Below are positions 48,491-58,105 of a stretch of DNA of 64,000 nucleotides, in pieces (the first letter of the stretch is position 1; every line of letters begins with the position of its first letter). Under the pieces are notes generated by a model, which worked only from the letters and a program-made list of their open reading frames with translations, was not told where the DNA came from and did no database searches. The translations under genes were made by a program, and so were the position numbers. Source of the stretch: an uncultured Alphaproteobacteria bacterium (lineage in GTDB: Bacteria > Pseudomonadota > Alphaproteobacteria > Rhizobiales > Beijerinckiaceae); contig CAWGGX010000014.1 in NCBI GenBank assembly GCA_963822215.1, positions 39,935 through 103,934 of the forward strand, given 5' to 3'.

Positions 48491-49648
48491 TCAGCGTTTT
48501 CCGTATTGGACGGCGACCCGCCCGACACGTTCTCGCGCGACGATCAGTTTCATGATGCCCGCGGTGCCGTCGCCAATCTCGAGCCCCATGACATCCCGCA
48601 TCCGCTGCTGATGCGGTAGGTCCATGGACCAGCCGTAGTGGCCAAAGGTCAGGAGGCATTGATGGATAACGTCAAAAGCGGTCTTCGGACCCATCCATTT
48701 GACCATCGCCGCCTCGGCCGTATGGGGAAGCCCGGCGTCGCGGAGCGCGATCGCGTGATAGCAAAGCTGACGGATCGCCGCGATCTGGCTTTCGCCTTCG
48801 ACCAGGGGAAACGTCACCCCTTGATAGGAGGCGATGGGCGCATTGAAGGCGGTGCGAGTTTTTGTGTATTCCCAGGCTTCGTCCAGCGACGCCTGGGCGC
48901 ATCCGACGCACTGAAGCGCGATCAGGGCGCGGCTGAAATCGAAGCCGCGCATGACGTGCGTGAACCCTTGGTTCTCCTCGCCGAGCCTGTTTTCAATCGG
49001 CACGCGCGCGTCCTCGAAGAAGACCGAGCCGCGCCCTATGATGTGGCTGCCTACGTCGTTGAAGCGCGTGCGGGCGATACCGGGCGTATCGGCGGGGACC
49101 ACCAGGGCGGTCACGCCCGCCGCCCCGCTCTCCGGCGACCCGGTCCGCGCGAACACGATGAATGCGTCGGCGCAGTCGGCGAACGTAATCGATGTCTTTT
49201 CGCCGTCGAGAACGTAATGATCGCCGTCGCGGCGGCAGCGCAGCTTAAGCGCACTCGCGTCGGAGCCGCCGCTCGGCTCGGTCACGCACACGCCCATCAG
49301 CGTCTCCCCACTGATCATCCGGGGGATCCAATAGGCCGCGAGGTTGGACGAGGCGCTGCTCATGATGATCGCGCCGAGGAGCGACACGCCGACCGGAACG
49401 GCGCTGACGTTGAAATCGCCGTAAGCGAGTTCTTCGGCAATTAGGCCCGCCGTGACGCCCGGCGCGCTCAGTCCGCCGACAGCCTCTGGAAGATCGACCC
49501 CCATGAGGCCCAGTTCCCCCATCTCGCGGATAAGCGAGCGGTCGAGTACGCCTGACTTGTCACGGGCCTGATACTGCGGAGCGAGTTGCTCGCGCGCGAA
49601 ACGACGGGCGAGATCCCTGATGGCGATTTGGTCCTCGTTGAAAATCAT
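48491..49648 (-). CDS. aliB: Acyl-CoA dehydrogenase, cyclohexanecarboxyl-CoA dehydrogenase-like
   Basis: TEPSGGSDA, GEKTSI, GRGSVFF and QQRMRDVMGLEIGDGTA motifs of the AliB/BadJ-like group. Confidence 0.75.
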   Translation of the reverse strand: MIFNEDQIAIRDLARRFAREQLAPQYQARDKSGVLDRSLIREMGELGLMGVDLPEAVGGLSAPGVTAGLIAEELAYGDFNVSAVPVGVSLLGAIIMSSASSNLAAYWIPRMISGETLMGVCVTEPSGGSDASALKLRCRRDGDHYVLDGEKTSITFADCADAFIVFARTGSPESGAAGVTALVVPADTPGIARTRFNDVGSHIIGRGSVFFEDARVPIENRLGEENQGFTHVMRGFDFSRALIALQCVGCAQASLDEAWEYTKTRTAFNAPIASYQGVTFPLVEGESQIAAIRQLCYHAIALRDAGLPHTAEAAMVKWMGPKTAFDVIHQCLLTFGHYGWSMDLPHQQRMRDVMGLEIGDGTAGIMKLIVARERVGRVAVQYGKR

Positions 49649-49687
49649 GCGCAAAGAGCTCCTGTCGCGGATCGCACAAAAGCCGCG

Positions 49688-50476
49688 TCAGCGGCCCTGA
49701 AAGGTCGGCTTTTGCTTAGCGAGCATGGCGCGCATCGCGTTCCACGCGTCGTCGGTGCGGGTGACGCGCGCCATTGCCCGCGCCTCGTTTTCGAGTTGTC
49801 CCTCGAGGCTCTCGACAGGACTGGAAAGCAGCAGGTTCTTCGCTTCGCCAAAGGCGCGGGTCGGACCTTGCGCAAGCTTGCGGGCGAGCGCCCAGGCTTC
49901 CGTTTCGAGCGCGTCGGCGTCGACGACTCGGTTGATGAGCCCGGCAGCGACCGCTTCCTCGGCACTGATGGTTTCGTTGAGCATATAGAATTGCGCCGCC
50001 CGGCGTGACCCCATCCGGCGCGGCAGGAAGTAGCTGCCGCCGCTGTCGCTGACGATCCCGATGCCGGCGAAGGCAGCGTAGAATTTGGCGTTCGGCGAAG
50101 CGAGGACAAAATCCGCACCGGCGACCAGCGCGACGGCGCCGCCCGCGGCAAGCCCATGAACCGCCGCAACGACCGGCGCGTCGAGCCGAGCGAAGCGGGA
50201 GATGCCCATGTGGAGATTCGATGTCGCCGCGGAGACGAAGCGCGCAAGGTCTTCGCGGCTGCGGGTCAGGGCATTGAGGTCGCCCCCGACGCTGAAGAAC
50301 CGCCCTTTCGCGTCGATGAGCACCGAGCGAACGTCCTCACGCACCGTGCATTCGGTCGCAAGACGATCGAAGTCCGCGGCAAAATGCTCGTCGAACGGAT
50401 TGCCGCGCTCGGGCTGGTTCATCGTGACATGCGCGACGCCGTCCACGACCTCGAAGGCGAATGCGGTGAGTTCCAT
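49688..50476 (-). CDS. Enoyl-CoA hydratase/isomerase
   Basis: FSVGGDL, VHGLAAGG and KPTFQGR crotonase motifs. Confidence 0.9.
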   Translation of the reverse strand: MELTAFAFEVVDGVAHVTMNQPERGNPFDEHFAADFDRLATECTVREDVRSVLIDAKGRFFSVGGDLNALTRSREDLARFVSAATSNLHMGISRFARLDAPVVAAVHGLAAGGAVALVAGADFVLASPNAKFYAAFAGIGIVSDSGGSYFLPRRMGSRRAAQFYMLNETISAEEAVAAGLINRVVDADALETEAWALARKLAQGPTRAFGEAKNLLLSSPVESLEGQLENEARAMARVTRTDDAWNAMRAMLAKQKPTFQGR

Positions 50477-50862
50477 CTCAAAAACCTCGCGACCGGCTGG
50501 AAGAACACAAGATCGCGCCGGCGGACGGACAAGGCGGAGCCTCGGGCGTGACGTCGCAAAGGCGCGTCTCAAGGGTGACGCGCCTCAGGCGCTGCGAGCA
50601 AAACGGGATAGAGAGCAGGCGTCGGACGCGACGGGATCGGCCCTCCGGCATCGTTTTCTCCCTGAGGCGAAAGACCGGCGTCGAGGCGGTCTTGGTTTAA
50701 GTCGTAACGTAGTTTATCATTGTCGGATAGCTCCTGTCCAGCGCGGTGGGAGCACAACCACGCCCCTTCGTTGACATAGCGCTCATTTTTCGCGAAGTCC
50801 CGGGTTGTTGCCCGCCCAATGATGGTGTGCTAGTTTATGAAAATGCGATCGGCCGTTAAGGC

Positions 50863-51942
50863 GTGGCGCCAACGCGAGGATATCTGGTGAGGGAGCCCAC
50901 AGGAGCGGTGTCGGGCGACGTCCCGGACTTTGAAACGATAGATCGTCTTCGCGGGCGTCTCAGCGATTATCTTAGCATGGTTGCGAAGCGTTCCGTCGCG
51001 GTCGAAGGCGTAACGAAATATCCGGCCGGCTTCTCCTGGATTACCTGCGCCGTCACGCTATCGGGTTTTCCCGATGCAAACGAGGCGATCCTCCGGGTCG
51101 GGCCGCCTTATGGCCTTTTTGCTCCCTATAGCGCGATGCCGGAATTCAACTCCTTGAGCGCCCTTGCGGCGAGCGAAGTTCCGGCGCCCCGCGTCTATCT
51201 AGCGAGCGATGATCAAGCGATACTCGGCGCGCCGTTCTTCTTAAGCGAGAAAGTCGAAGGCGACACGCCTCTGCCCTGGGGTTCGCAGGGCCAGGCGCTG
51301 GACGGCGCCCGACGCGAGTCGCTCGCGGCGGACTTCATCGGCGCGCTGGCTGCCTTGCATCGCTTCGACTGGCGCGCGACGTCGCTTGCAAAATGGGGTG
51401 AAGGGGTCACGCTCGAAAACGCGGCCCACCGGCAGATCGACGACTGGGAGGCGCGTTTCCGCCGCTGGGCGCTGCGCCCACATCCGATGGCGCATCGTGC
51501 GCTCGCCTGGTTGCGCGCCCATGCGCCTGTCGCCCGGCGGCTTTCGCTCGTGCACGGCGATTACCGGCTCGGCAACTTTCTCGAAAAGCACGGGCGGATT
51601 ACCGCCATTCTCGACTGGGAGCTTGTGCATCTTGGCGACCCGGTCGAGGATCTCGGCTGGGCATTCCTCCCCCAATACCGCGGCGGCACGCCGCTCGTCT
51701 GCGGCCTCGCCTCCGAAGCGGATTTTCTTGCCCGCTACGAAGCTCACGCCGGACTTCCGGTCGATCCGCCCTCGCTCCGTTTCTACCACGTCTTTTCGCT
51801 GCTGAAGCTCGCTTTCACCCATATGGCGGCCGCGCGTTGTTTTGAGCAGGGACTTTTCAACGACATGCGAATGCCCGCGATGGCGACGCAGATCGCCCCG
51901 GTGTTCCGCCAGATCAGTCGAACGCTGGAGCAGGCCGCATGA
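50863..51942 (+). CDS. APH-family phosphotransferase (ACAD10/LvaA-like); start uncertain
   Basis: LGAPFF, VHGDYRLGN and ILDWEL.HLGDP.EDLGW motifs. Confidence 0.9.
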   Translation: MAPTRGYLVREPTGAVSGDVPDFETIDRLRGRLSDYLSMVAKRSVAVEGVTKYPAGFSWITCAVTLSGFPDANEAILRVGPPYGLFAPYSAMPEFNSLSALAASEVPAPRVYLASDDQAILGAPFFLSEKVEGDTPLPWGSQGQALDGARRESLAADFIGALAALHRFDWRATSLAKWGEGVTLENAAHRQIDDWEARFRRWALRPHPMAHRALAWLRAHAPVARRLSLVHGDYRLGNFLEKHGRITAILDWELVHLGDPVEDLGWAFLPQYRGGTPLVCGLASEADFLARYEAHAGLPVDPPSLRFYHVFSLLKLAFTHMAAARCFEQGLFNDMRMPAMATQIAPVFRQISRTLEQAA

Positions 51943-52427
51943 ACAATTCACTTCCCCGCCTGATCGACGGCATGGTCGCAACGCTCCGAACGGAGGTCAT
52001 TCCGCGGGTCGACGGCGATTACGCGCGCGGGCAGGCGTTCGGCGTCATCTATATGCTGAACAGCCTCAAGCTTCGCTGTTCGTGGTCCAATGCCTTTCTC
52101 GTCGAGCAGTTGAAGGCGCTTGAAGACGCGAGCCGCGAACTTCAAGCGGTCGCGGCGGACCTTCCGGGCGCTCCCCTGCCCGATGTTCACGCCCCGGCCG
52201 CCTTGCCGAACGCAAGTTCGCTCGAAACAATGCGCGACGCGGGCGACGCCAGCCTATGCGAACTCATCGACTGGCTCGCCTCCAATCGCGCGCGCCTTCC
52301 CGCCGGGGCCGCTCAGCGTGCGGAAAGCGTCGTCGACGCCTATCTCGCCCGTCAGGCGAAAAATGAAATCTCCACAAGCGCAAAACCGATGTTCGTCGAA
52401 ATGTCGAGCGGCGCCGAAAAGACCTGA
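51939..52427 (+). CDS. Hypothetical helical protein coupled to the kinase
   Basis: ATGA overlap with the kinase; protein-like composition. Confidence 0.75.
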   Translation: MNNSLPRLIDGMVATLRTEVIPRVDGDYARGQAFGVIYMLNSLKLRCSWSNAFLVEQLKALEDASRELQAVAADLPGAPLPDVHAPAALPNASSLETMRDAGDASLCELIDWLASNRARLPAGAAQRAESVVDAYLARQAKNEISTSAKPMFVEMSSGAEKT

Positions 52428-52442
52428 GCGCCGGAGGCCCAC

Positions 52443-53558
52443 ATGCTGAGCAAGCAGGACGACTTCATCGGCCATCAGCTGCCGACAACTTTCGATCATG
52501 TCATGAGTTCAGATCCCGCCTGGATGGAGCGGCTGTGGTACACGGGCCATCCGGTCCCGGGCGGTGATTTCATCTTTGACATCGGGCTCGGGTGGCATCC
52601 GAACCGCAACGTCATGGACGGGTTCGCGGGCGTCGCCTTTGGCGGCAAGCAGTACAACTTCCGCGTCTCGCGGCGGCTTCGGCCGAATCCGCTGGAGACG
52701 GTTATCGGTCCGCTGGAGATCGAGATCCTCGAGGGTTTGCGCCGCCATCGCCTGACGCTGAAGCCCAACGAATCCGGCCTCGCCTTCGATCTTGAATTTC
52801 TGGCGACGATGAACCCGCATGAGGAGGGCGAGCATTTCCGCCGCCGAAGCGGTCGTGTGACGGAGCACATGGCGCGGGCGCAGCAACTCGGCGCCTATCG
52901 CGGCTGGGTGGAGGTCGCCGGTGAACGGCGCGAGGTCAGACAAGCAAAGTGGCTCGGACAACGCGATCATTCCTGGGGTATCCGCGCCGAGATGCGCACT
53001 GACGAGACCAACCCGCCGCTCACATTTTACCCGCCGTTTTTCTATTGCTGGACGACCGCGCAGTTCAAGGATCGTGGACTGCACGTTTTTTTCAAGGAGC
53101 GCGCTCCGGGCGACGCGATCTACATTTCCGGTGAAGAGGTGCTTACGCTCGGGACGCGCGCGAAGGAGAGCGTCCGGCTGGACGCCGTTTCGCACGACAT
53201 CGCGTGGGCGAAAGACCGGCTCGGGCAGACGCTCGAGTGCGCGGAATTTGAAGCCCGCTTTTCAAACGGCTCGACGCGGAAGCTGAAGATCCGCGCCCTG
53301 CCCGCGCGGTTCTTCCTCAAGGGCGGCCTCTATGGCGGCCTGAACGGCTGGTCGCATGGCGACGACAAGGGCAAGTTCTACGCGGAGCACGACGTCTGGA
53401 CGCTCGCGGAGCCGGCGACCCGCCAGCTCGTGCGCACGCTGAGCGATCATGTGATCGAGGTAACGGACGGCGACGAGGTCGGCTACGGCATCGTCGAATA
53501 TGGGGTGGGCAAGGGATACGCCCGCTATGCCGAGGTGCAGGACCATCCGCCGATCTGA
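52443..53558 (+). CDS. Hypothetical protein, tocopherol-cyclase/AttH-like beta-barrel
   Basis: GGAGG RBS; W.ERLWY and GQRDHSWG motifs. Confidence 0.75.
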   Translation: MLSKQDDFIGHQLPTTFDHVMSSDPAWMERLWYTGHPVPGGDFIFDIGLGWHPNRNVMDGFAGVAFGGKQYNFRVSRRLRPNPLETVIGPLEIEILEGLRRHRLTLKPNESGLAFDLEFLATMNPHEEGEHFRRRSGRVTEHMARAQQLGAYRGWVEVAGERREVRQAKWLGQRDHSWGIRAEMRTDETNPPLTFYPPFFYCWTTAQFKDRGLHVFFKERAPGDAIYISGEEVLTLGTRAKESVRLDAVSHDIAWAKDRLGQTLECAEFEARFSNGSTRKLKIRALPARFFLKGGLYGGLNGWSHGDDKGKFYAEHDVWTLAEPATRQLVRTLSDHVIEVTDGDEVGYGIVEYGVGKGYARYAEVQDHPPI

Positions 53559-53576
53559 ATGGAGGCGCGAAAACTC

Positions 53577-54377
53577 ATGACCTATGCGACGCTAAAGCTG
53601 GAGCAGCGCGGCGCCGTCGAAATCCTTTCGCTCAACCGGCCGGAGAAGCTCAACACGCTCTCGCCCGAGATGGCGCGAGAAATCACGGATTATTTTGACG
53701 CCCTCAGGGCGCGACTCGATGTGCGGGTCATCCTCCTGCGCGGCGAGGGCCGGCTTTTCTGCGCCGGCGCCGACCTCGGGACGGACGCTTTCTCCGAACA
53801 GGGTTCCGGTCGCGCGCAGCGTCAAATGGCGATGCAAAAGCTATACTCTGGCGTGGTTCGCGCCATGCGATCCTGTCCGCAGCCGATCATTGCGCTGATC
53901 CACGGGGCCGCTTGCGGCGGCGGGCTGTCGCTGGCGCTGGCTTCCGACGTGCGCTATGCTGCGCCGGACGCCCGCATGAACGCGGCGTACCTCAGGATCG
54001 GCCTCGGCGGTTGCGACATGGGTGCGGGCTATTTCCTGCCCCGGCTCGTCGGCCTTTCCAACGCCTCGGAGTTCCTCCTCAGCGGGCGCTTTATTCAAGC
54101 CGAGCGCGCCTTGCGCATGGGGCTGATCAGCGAGATCGTTCCGGCAGAACAACTCCTCGATACAGGGCTCGCGCTTGCCGACGACATGCTAAAGGCGGCG
54201 CCGATGGGGCTTCGCATGACCAAGGAGACGCTCGCCGCCGAAATCGATGCGCCGAGCCTGGAGGCGGCGCTGACCATCGAGGACCGACAGCAGGTCGTCC
54301 TGATCGACACCGACGATCACCGTGAGGCGGTCAAGGCCTTTCGGGAGAAGCGGGCGCCGACCTATCGGGACTCCTGA
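53577..54377 (+). CDS. Enoyl-CoA hydratase/isomerase
   Basis: LNRPEKLN, FCAGADL, HGAACGGG and FREKRAP motifs. Confidence 0.92.
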   Translation: MTYATLKLEQRGAVEILSLNRPEKLNTLSPEMAREITDYFDALRARLDVRVILLRGEGRLFCAGADLGTDAFSEQGSGRAQRQMAMQKLYSGVVRAMRSCPQPIIALIHGAACGGGLSLALASDVRYAAPDARMNAAYLRIGLGGCDMGAGYFLPRLVGLSNASEFLLSGRFIQAERALRMGLISEIVPAEQLLDTGLALADDMLKAAPMGLRMTKETLAAEIDAPSLEAALTIEDRQQVVLIDTDDHREAVKAFREKRAPTYRDS

Positions 54378-55382
54378 TCAGGAGGTGAGCCGGATGAGGC
54401 GCTTGCCCCTGTTGTCGCCGCGATACATTCCGGCGAGCGCATCGGGGCAGGCTTCGATCCCGTCGAGAATGTCCTCGGCGTAGCGGAGCCTTCCCGCGCG
54501 CACCCAGTCCGCGAGCCGCGCGACAGAGGCCTCCCAGCAGTCAAGGTGGTCGAAGACGACAAAGCCCTGCGCCCGTGCGCGCTTGACGAGGAGATGCCGT
54601 TCGAGCCGAGGTCCGGTCGGCCATGGCTCCCACGAGGTGATCGAGGCCGTGCCGCAGATCACCACCCGGGCGCCGACTGCGAGCCTCGGCCAGACGACGT
54701 CGCTGATCGCGCCGGACGTATTGTCGAAGTAGACGTTCACGCCCTTCGGACAGGCCGCGTCGATCGCCTCGGCTAGGCACGGCGCCCGGTAGTCGATGGC
54801 GGCGTCATAGCCGAAAAGGTCACGGCACATCGCCACCTTGTCCGGACCGCCTGCGACGCCAACCGTTCGGCATCCGAGGATCTTGGCAATCTGCCCGACA
54901 GCCGATCCGACGGCCCCGGCCGCCGTCGAGACGAGGACGGTCTCGCCCGCCATCGGCTCGCCGATAACCTCGAGTCCAATCAGGGCCGTGACGCCGTTGA
55001 TGCCGAGAATGCCGAGCGCCAGAGAAAGCGGAAGGTCCGTTTCCCTCACACGCCGTACAACAGCCGAGGGCGCCACGTCGGCATAGTCCTGCCAGCCAAA
55101 CCAGCCGGTGACGATTTCACCGGGATGGAAATCTGCAGCTTGCGATTCCACGACTTCGCCAGCGGCCAACGCGCGCATGACCGAGCCGATCTCGACGGTC
55201 GCCGAATAATTGCCCTTATCGGCGATCCAGCCCCGCATCGCCGGTTCGACCGAGAGAAAGGCGTTGCGCACGCGAATTTGTCCTTCACCCAACGGCGCCA
55301 GTTCGGCCTCGTCGATAGCAAAATTCTCCGCCTGCGCGACGCCGCGCGGCCGCGAGACGATCAGTACGCGCCGCGTCTTCAT
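54378..55382 (-). CDS. NADP-dependent alkenal reductase (PTGR/CurA-like MDR)
   Basis: LSVEPAMRGW, STAAGAVGSAVGQIAK and NRGKRL motifs. Confidence 0.92.
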   Translation of the reverse strand: MKTRRVLIVSRPRGVAQAENFAIDEAELAPLGEGQIRVRNAFLSVEPAMRGWIADKGNYSATVEIGSVMRALAAGEVVESQAADFHPGEIVTGWFGWQDYADVAPSAVVRRVRETDLPLSLALGILGINGVTALIGLEVIGEPMAGETVLVSTAAGAVGSAVGQIAKILGCRTVGVAGGPDKVAMCRDLFGYDAAIDYRAPCLAEAIDAACPKGVNVYFDNTSGAISDVVWPRLAVGARVVICGTASITSWEPWPTGPRLERHLLVKRARAQGFVVFDHLDCWEASVARLADWVRAGRLRYAEDILDGIEACPDALAGMYRGDNRGKRLIRLTS

Positions 55383-56332
55383 GTCCTCATTCCCATGATG
55401 TCCCGCGCCTTTGCATAGTCCGCCGCGAGGCTCGCGATCCAGTGGGCGGCGGGCAGCGAATCCTTGACCGCGCCGATCCCTTGCCCAGCGCTCCAGATGT
55501 CGCGCCAAGGCTTGCCATGCGAGGCTTCCCCCGAAATGTCGACCCGCTCAGGGTCCTTCCTCGCAATGGTGTCAGGATCGAGCCCATTCGCCCGCAGCGA
55601 AGGCGCGAGAAAGGAGGCGCGCGCGCCGGTGAAGGCCTTGGTGACTATCACGTCGGCCGCGCTCCCCTCGACCACCATCCGCTTGAAGGCATCAACAGTA
55701 TTGGCTTCCCGGCTCGCCAGAAAGGGAGAGCCGATATAGGCGAAGTCGGCGCTGAGCGTCTCAGCCGCCAGCACGCCTCGTCCGGTCGCAATGCAGCCTG
55801 CAAGCAGAAGCGGCCCCCGCCACCATTCCCTGATCTCGGCTGTGAGAGCGAACGGTGAAACCGAACCGGTATGGCCGCCCGCCCCGAAGGAAACCGCGAT
55901 GATCCCGTCCACGCCCATCTCGCCGCACTTGCGAGCGTGCCTGTCGCTCGCCACGTCGTTGAAGACGAGACCGCCATAGCCATGGACCGCAGAAATGACT
56001 TCGGGATCGGCGCCGAGCGCCAGCACGACGATCGGCGCCTTGTGCTTCACAACCAAGTCGAGATCATCCTGGAGCCGTGCGTTGGTGCGATGGCAGACAA
56101 GATTGATCGCGTAGGGCGCCGGGCAATCCGCAAGCGCGTTCGCGATCCTTGTCAGGTCGGCGTTGAGGGCGTCTGTCGTCCGTGCGTTCAGCGCGGGCAT
56201 CGCGCCGATGATCCCGGCGCGGCACTGGGCGATCACCAGATCGGGCGTCGAGGCGATGAACATCGGCCCCGCCATCACCGGCAGTTTGAGGCGCGCTTTC
56301 AACCTCGCGGCGAGGGCTGGATCGCCCTTCAC
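55379..56332 (-). CDS. Nitronate monooxygenase family flavoprotein
   Basis: PVMAGPMF, GAGGHTG and DIWSAGQG motifs. Confidence 0.9.
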   Translation of the reverse strand: MKGDPALAARLKARLKLPVMAGPMFIASTPDLVIAQCRAGIIGAMPALNARTTDALNADLTRIANALADCPAPYAINLVCHRTNARLQDDLDLVVKHKAPIVVLALGADPEVISAVHGYGGLVFNDVASDRHARKCGEMGVDGIIAVSFGAGGHTGSVSPFALTAEIREWWRGPLLLAGCIATGRGVLAAETLSADFAYIGSPFLASREANTVDAFKRMVVEGSAADVIVTKAFTGARASFLAPSLRANGLDPDTIARKDPERVDISGEASHGKPWRDIWSAGQGIGAVKDSLPAAHWIASLAADYAKARDIMGMRT

Positions 56333-57183
56333 GGTGAGTCTCCGAAGGTCGCAAAGCCCTGGTCGAGCGCCTTGCGTTCCCCGGTGAAAGCTTGAAATGC
56401 GGCTCCTGTCCCCTCCCGCCAGATGCGGAAGTCAAGGCGGTCGCCGGGGAAGACGATCCCGGCGAAGCGACAGCCGAGGGAGGCGAGGGCGCAGGGCGAG
56501 CGGCCGAGCGCGCGGGCGACCGTGACGCCGGCGATCGCGTAGGACGCGAGCCCGTGCAGGATCGGACGCTCGAATCCAGCGCGCTTCGACGCCGCCGGGT
56601 CCGCGTGCAGCGGATTCCAGTCGCCCGAAAGACGATAGATGAGGGCGGCTCGAGGATCGACCAAGAAGCTCGCGAGTAAATCGGGATCGCGGTCCGGAAT
56701 GACGGATTCTTGCGGCCTCGGCGGATCGCCCCCGAAGCCGCCGGCGCCGCGCAGAAGCAGCGTCTGCCGAAGCGTGCAGAGCGGCTTTTGGTAGGACGTA
56801 TCCACGACTTCACGTTCGAGAACGACCAGCGCGCCTTTGCCTGCCCCCCGGTCCGTCACCGAAACGACGCGCGAGCGCGCCGCGATTTCGCCCTCCGGCG
56901 CGAGGCGTTGGCGAAAGACAGCGGCCTGTTCGGAGTGAACGAGTTTTGCGAAGTCGACGCCGAATTGCGGTTCGCGAATCCACATACCTGGCGAGCCAAG
57001 CGTCACCGCGAAGGTCGGCAGGACTGCGAGCCGATCCTCGAGCAGGAACGGAAGATCGGCGGGATCGGTCGGGTCGGCGCCGAGCCCGACTCCGAGCGCA
57101 TAAAGGATGGCGTCGCGCTTCCGATACGTCTGGCGCGCCTCCGCGAATTCATGGCTACGCAGAAGGTCGGGACGGATCGCCAT
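56329..57183 (-). CDS. Double hot-dog MaoC (R)-enoyl-CoA hydratase
   Basis: ILYALGVG and YRLSGDWNPLHADP..GFERPILHGL motifs. Confidence 0.92.
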   Translation of the reverse strand: MAIRPDLLRSHEFAEARQTYRKRDAILYALGVGLGADPTDPADLPFLLEDRLAVLPTFAVTLGSPGMWIREPQFGVDFAKLVHSEQAAVFRQRLAPEGEIAARSRVVSVTDRGAGKGALVVLEREVVDTSYQKPLCTLRQTLLLRGAGGFGGDPPRPQESVIPDRDPDLLASFLVDPRAALIYRLSGDWNPLHADPAASKRAGFERPILHGLASYAIAGVTVARALGRSPCALASLGCRFAGIVFPGDRLDFRIWREGTGAAFQAFTGERKALDQGFATFGDSP

Positions 57184-57185
57184 CG

Positions 57186-58097
57186 TCAGACGGGGTCCCA
57201 GGTGAAAACCTCGCCCGAGCGAAGCAGGGGATAGAAGTCGTTCGCGAACATCGGGAAGACGCGCTCGGCGATGGTCTCGGCCGTCCAGCCGTCCGACGAA
57301 TGGGCGGTGCGGATCGGGCGCGGCTGCGAGAAGAGATAGATCTCGTTGTTGCGCACGCCGAAAATCTGACCGGTCACGGCCGCGCCTGCATCGCCGAGAA
57401 GCGCGGTGACGAACGGGGCGATCTTTTCCGGCACAAGCTTCTTCAGGCCCTCGACGCGCCTCTGCTGTTCGGGGGTATTGGTAGGGATCGAGTCGATCAT
57501 CCGCGTCCAGGCGAATGGCGCGACCGCGTTGGAGCGCACGTTGAAGCGCTGCATGTCGAGCGCGATGGATTTGGACAGGGCGACGACGCCCAGTTTGGCG
57601 GCCGCATAGTTCGCCTGCCCGAAATTGCCGACGAGCCCCGACGTCGAGGTCATATGGACATAGGCCCCGGACGCCTGGGTCTTGAAATGGGGCGCCGCCG
57701 CTCGGCTGACGTTGAACGAGCCCTTGAGATGGACGGCGATGACGGCATCGAATTCCTCTTCCGTCATCTTGTGGAAGAGGTTGTCGCGCAGGTTGCCGGC
57801 ATTGTTGACGACGCCGTCGATGCGGCCAAAGGAGTCCAGCGCAGCCTGCACGATGCGATGCGCGCCTTCCCACGACGCGACGAAATCGTCGTTAGCGACG
57901 GCGCGCCCGCCAAAGGCGCGGATTTCGCCGGCGACCTGCTGAGCGACCGGGGTTTCGTCGCCCTCTCCCACGAGGCTCACCCCGAGGTCGTTGACCACGA
58001 CCGCCGCGCCTGCGCGCGCAAGATCGAGCGCGACGCCGCGGCCAACCCCCCGGCCCGCGCCCGTGACTATGGCGACCTTGCCGTCCATGACTCCCAT
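57186..58097 (-). CDS. SDR 3-hydroxyacyl-CoA dehydrogenase (MFE-2-like)
   Basis: TGAGRGVG, VVVNDLG, NNAG and GNFGQANYAAAK motifs. Confidence 0.92.
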   Translation of the reverse strand: MGVMDGKVAIVTGAGRGVGRGVALDLARAGAAVVVNDLGVSLVGEGDETPVAQQVAGEIRAFGGRAVANDDFVASWEGAHRIVQAALDSFGRIDGVVNNAGNLRDNLFHKMTEEEFDAVIAVHLKGSFNVSRAAAPHFKTQASGAYVHMTSTSGLVGNFGQANYAAAKLGVVALSKSIALDMQRFNVRSNAVAPFAWTRMIDSIPTNTPEQQRRVEGLKKLVPEKIAPFVTALLGDAGAAVTGQIFGVRNNEIYLFSQPRPIRTAHSSDGWTAETIAERVFPMFANDFYPLLRSGEVFTWDPV

Positions 58098-58105
58098 GAT
58101 GGCCC

